A DNA stretch of 63,728 nucleotides, filler included, from Perkinsus chesapeaki ATCC PRA-425 (lineage: Eukaryota; Protista; Perkinsozoa), in the NCBI GenBank assembly GCA_013115145.1. It is 7 parts of 7 records of this genome, joined end to end, with 100 filler letters (N's around TTAATTAATTAA, not from the genome) between each part and the next. Parts side by side here need not be neighbours in the genome. Positions count along the whole stretch, not along the records: positions 62,527 to 63,728 come from JAAPAO010002106.1; 6 more parts are not named here. One strand, written 5' to 3'. The notes below the pieces were generated by a model. It did no database searches. It saw only the letters and a program-made list of their open reading frames with translations, and was not told the origin of the DNA. Both the position numbers and the translations under genes were made by a program. Below, piece after piece: positions 63,588 to 63,728 of the stretch. Each line of letters starts with the position of its first letter. Position 1 is the stretch's first letter.

Positions 63588-63728
63588 TGTACCCACTAGT
63601 AGAGTACTGTTAGCACTCCAGACTCTGAATCTGGCGACCTGGGTTCAAATCCCAGTAGAACCTTGTACATATTAGTAAGGTACTGTTAGCACTCCAGACT
63701 CTGAATCTGGCGATCTGGGTTCAAATCT

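Larger units (their letters stand above)
62527..63728 (+). repeat. Tandem array of tRNA-Gln-derived units (153-154 bp long and 76 bp short), open at both ends
   Basis: tRNA 3' ends at 62669, 62822, 62975, 63051, 63204, 63358, 63434, 63587, 63663. Confidence 0.95.

Noticed and set aside
62527-63728. CRISPR-like regular repeats (also the 156-bp units at 50873)
   Set aside because: Units are tRNA-derived with homologous spacers; no cas genes; eukaryotic context

Overview
This is eukaryotic nuclear DNA, most likely from an alveolate of the Perkinsus type. That assignment is an inference from short GT-AG introns, an apicomplexan-like Mgr2, and RRM and Cys-rich gene families. The window is seven contigs joined by artificial N44-TTAATTAATTAA-N44 linkers (A 1-17094, B 17195-41119, C 41220-47509, D 47610-50772, E 50873-57768, F 57869-62426, G 62527-63728), so adjacency across linkers means nothing. 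Recognisable spliced genes: Pol III subunit C31/RPC7, a DIX-domain protein, a Gly-rich membrane protein, Mgr2/Romo1 head-to-head with Pam18, a GAR-domain coiled-coil protein, two paralogous RRM proteins, a USE1-like SNARE, an FN3 protein, a Cys-rich protein, an ALDH8-like dehydrogenase, iodotyrosine deiodinase and MoaE. The window is rich in tRNA sequence: Pro, Phe, Lys, Leu, Pro, an Arg tandem, and a degenerate Gln array with one CUA-anticodon copy. Mobile DNA includes a decayed PR-RT-RH-INT retroelement with a CCCH-finger Gag and DIRS-like RT/RH, a solo LTR with a 5-bp TSD at a tRNA 3' end, and a Tc1/mariner-type MITE. The most striking unexplained pattern is that about ten introns in contig A carry sense-oriented tRNA-like relics (T-arm/B-box, sometimes with an A-box), often abutting splice sites. 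All gene models were derived by hand.
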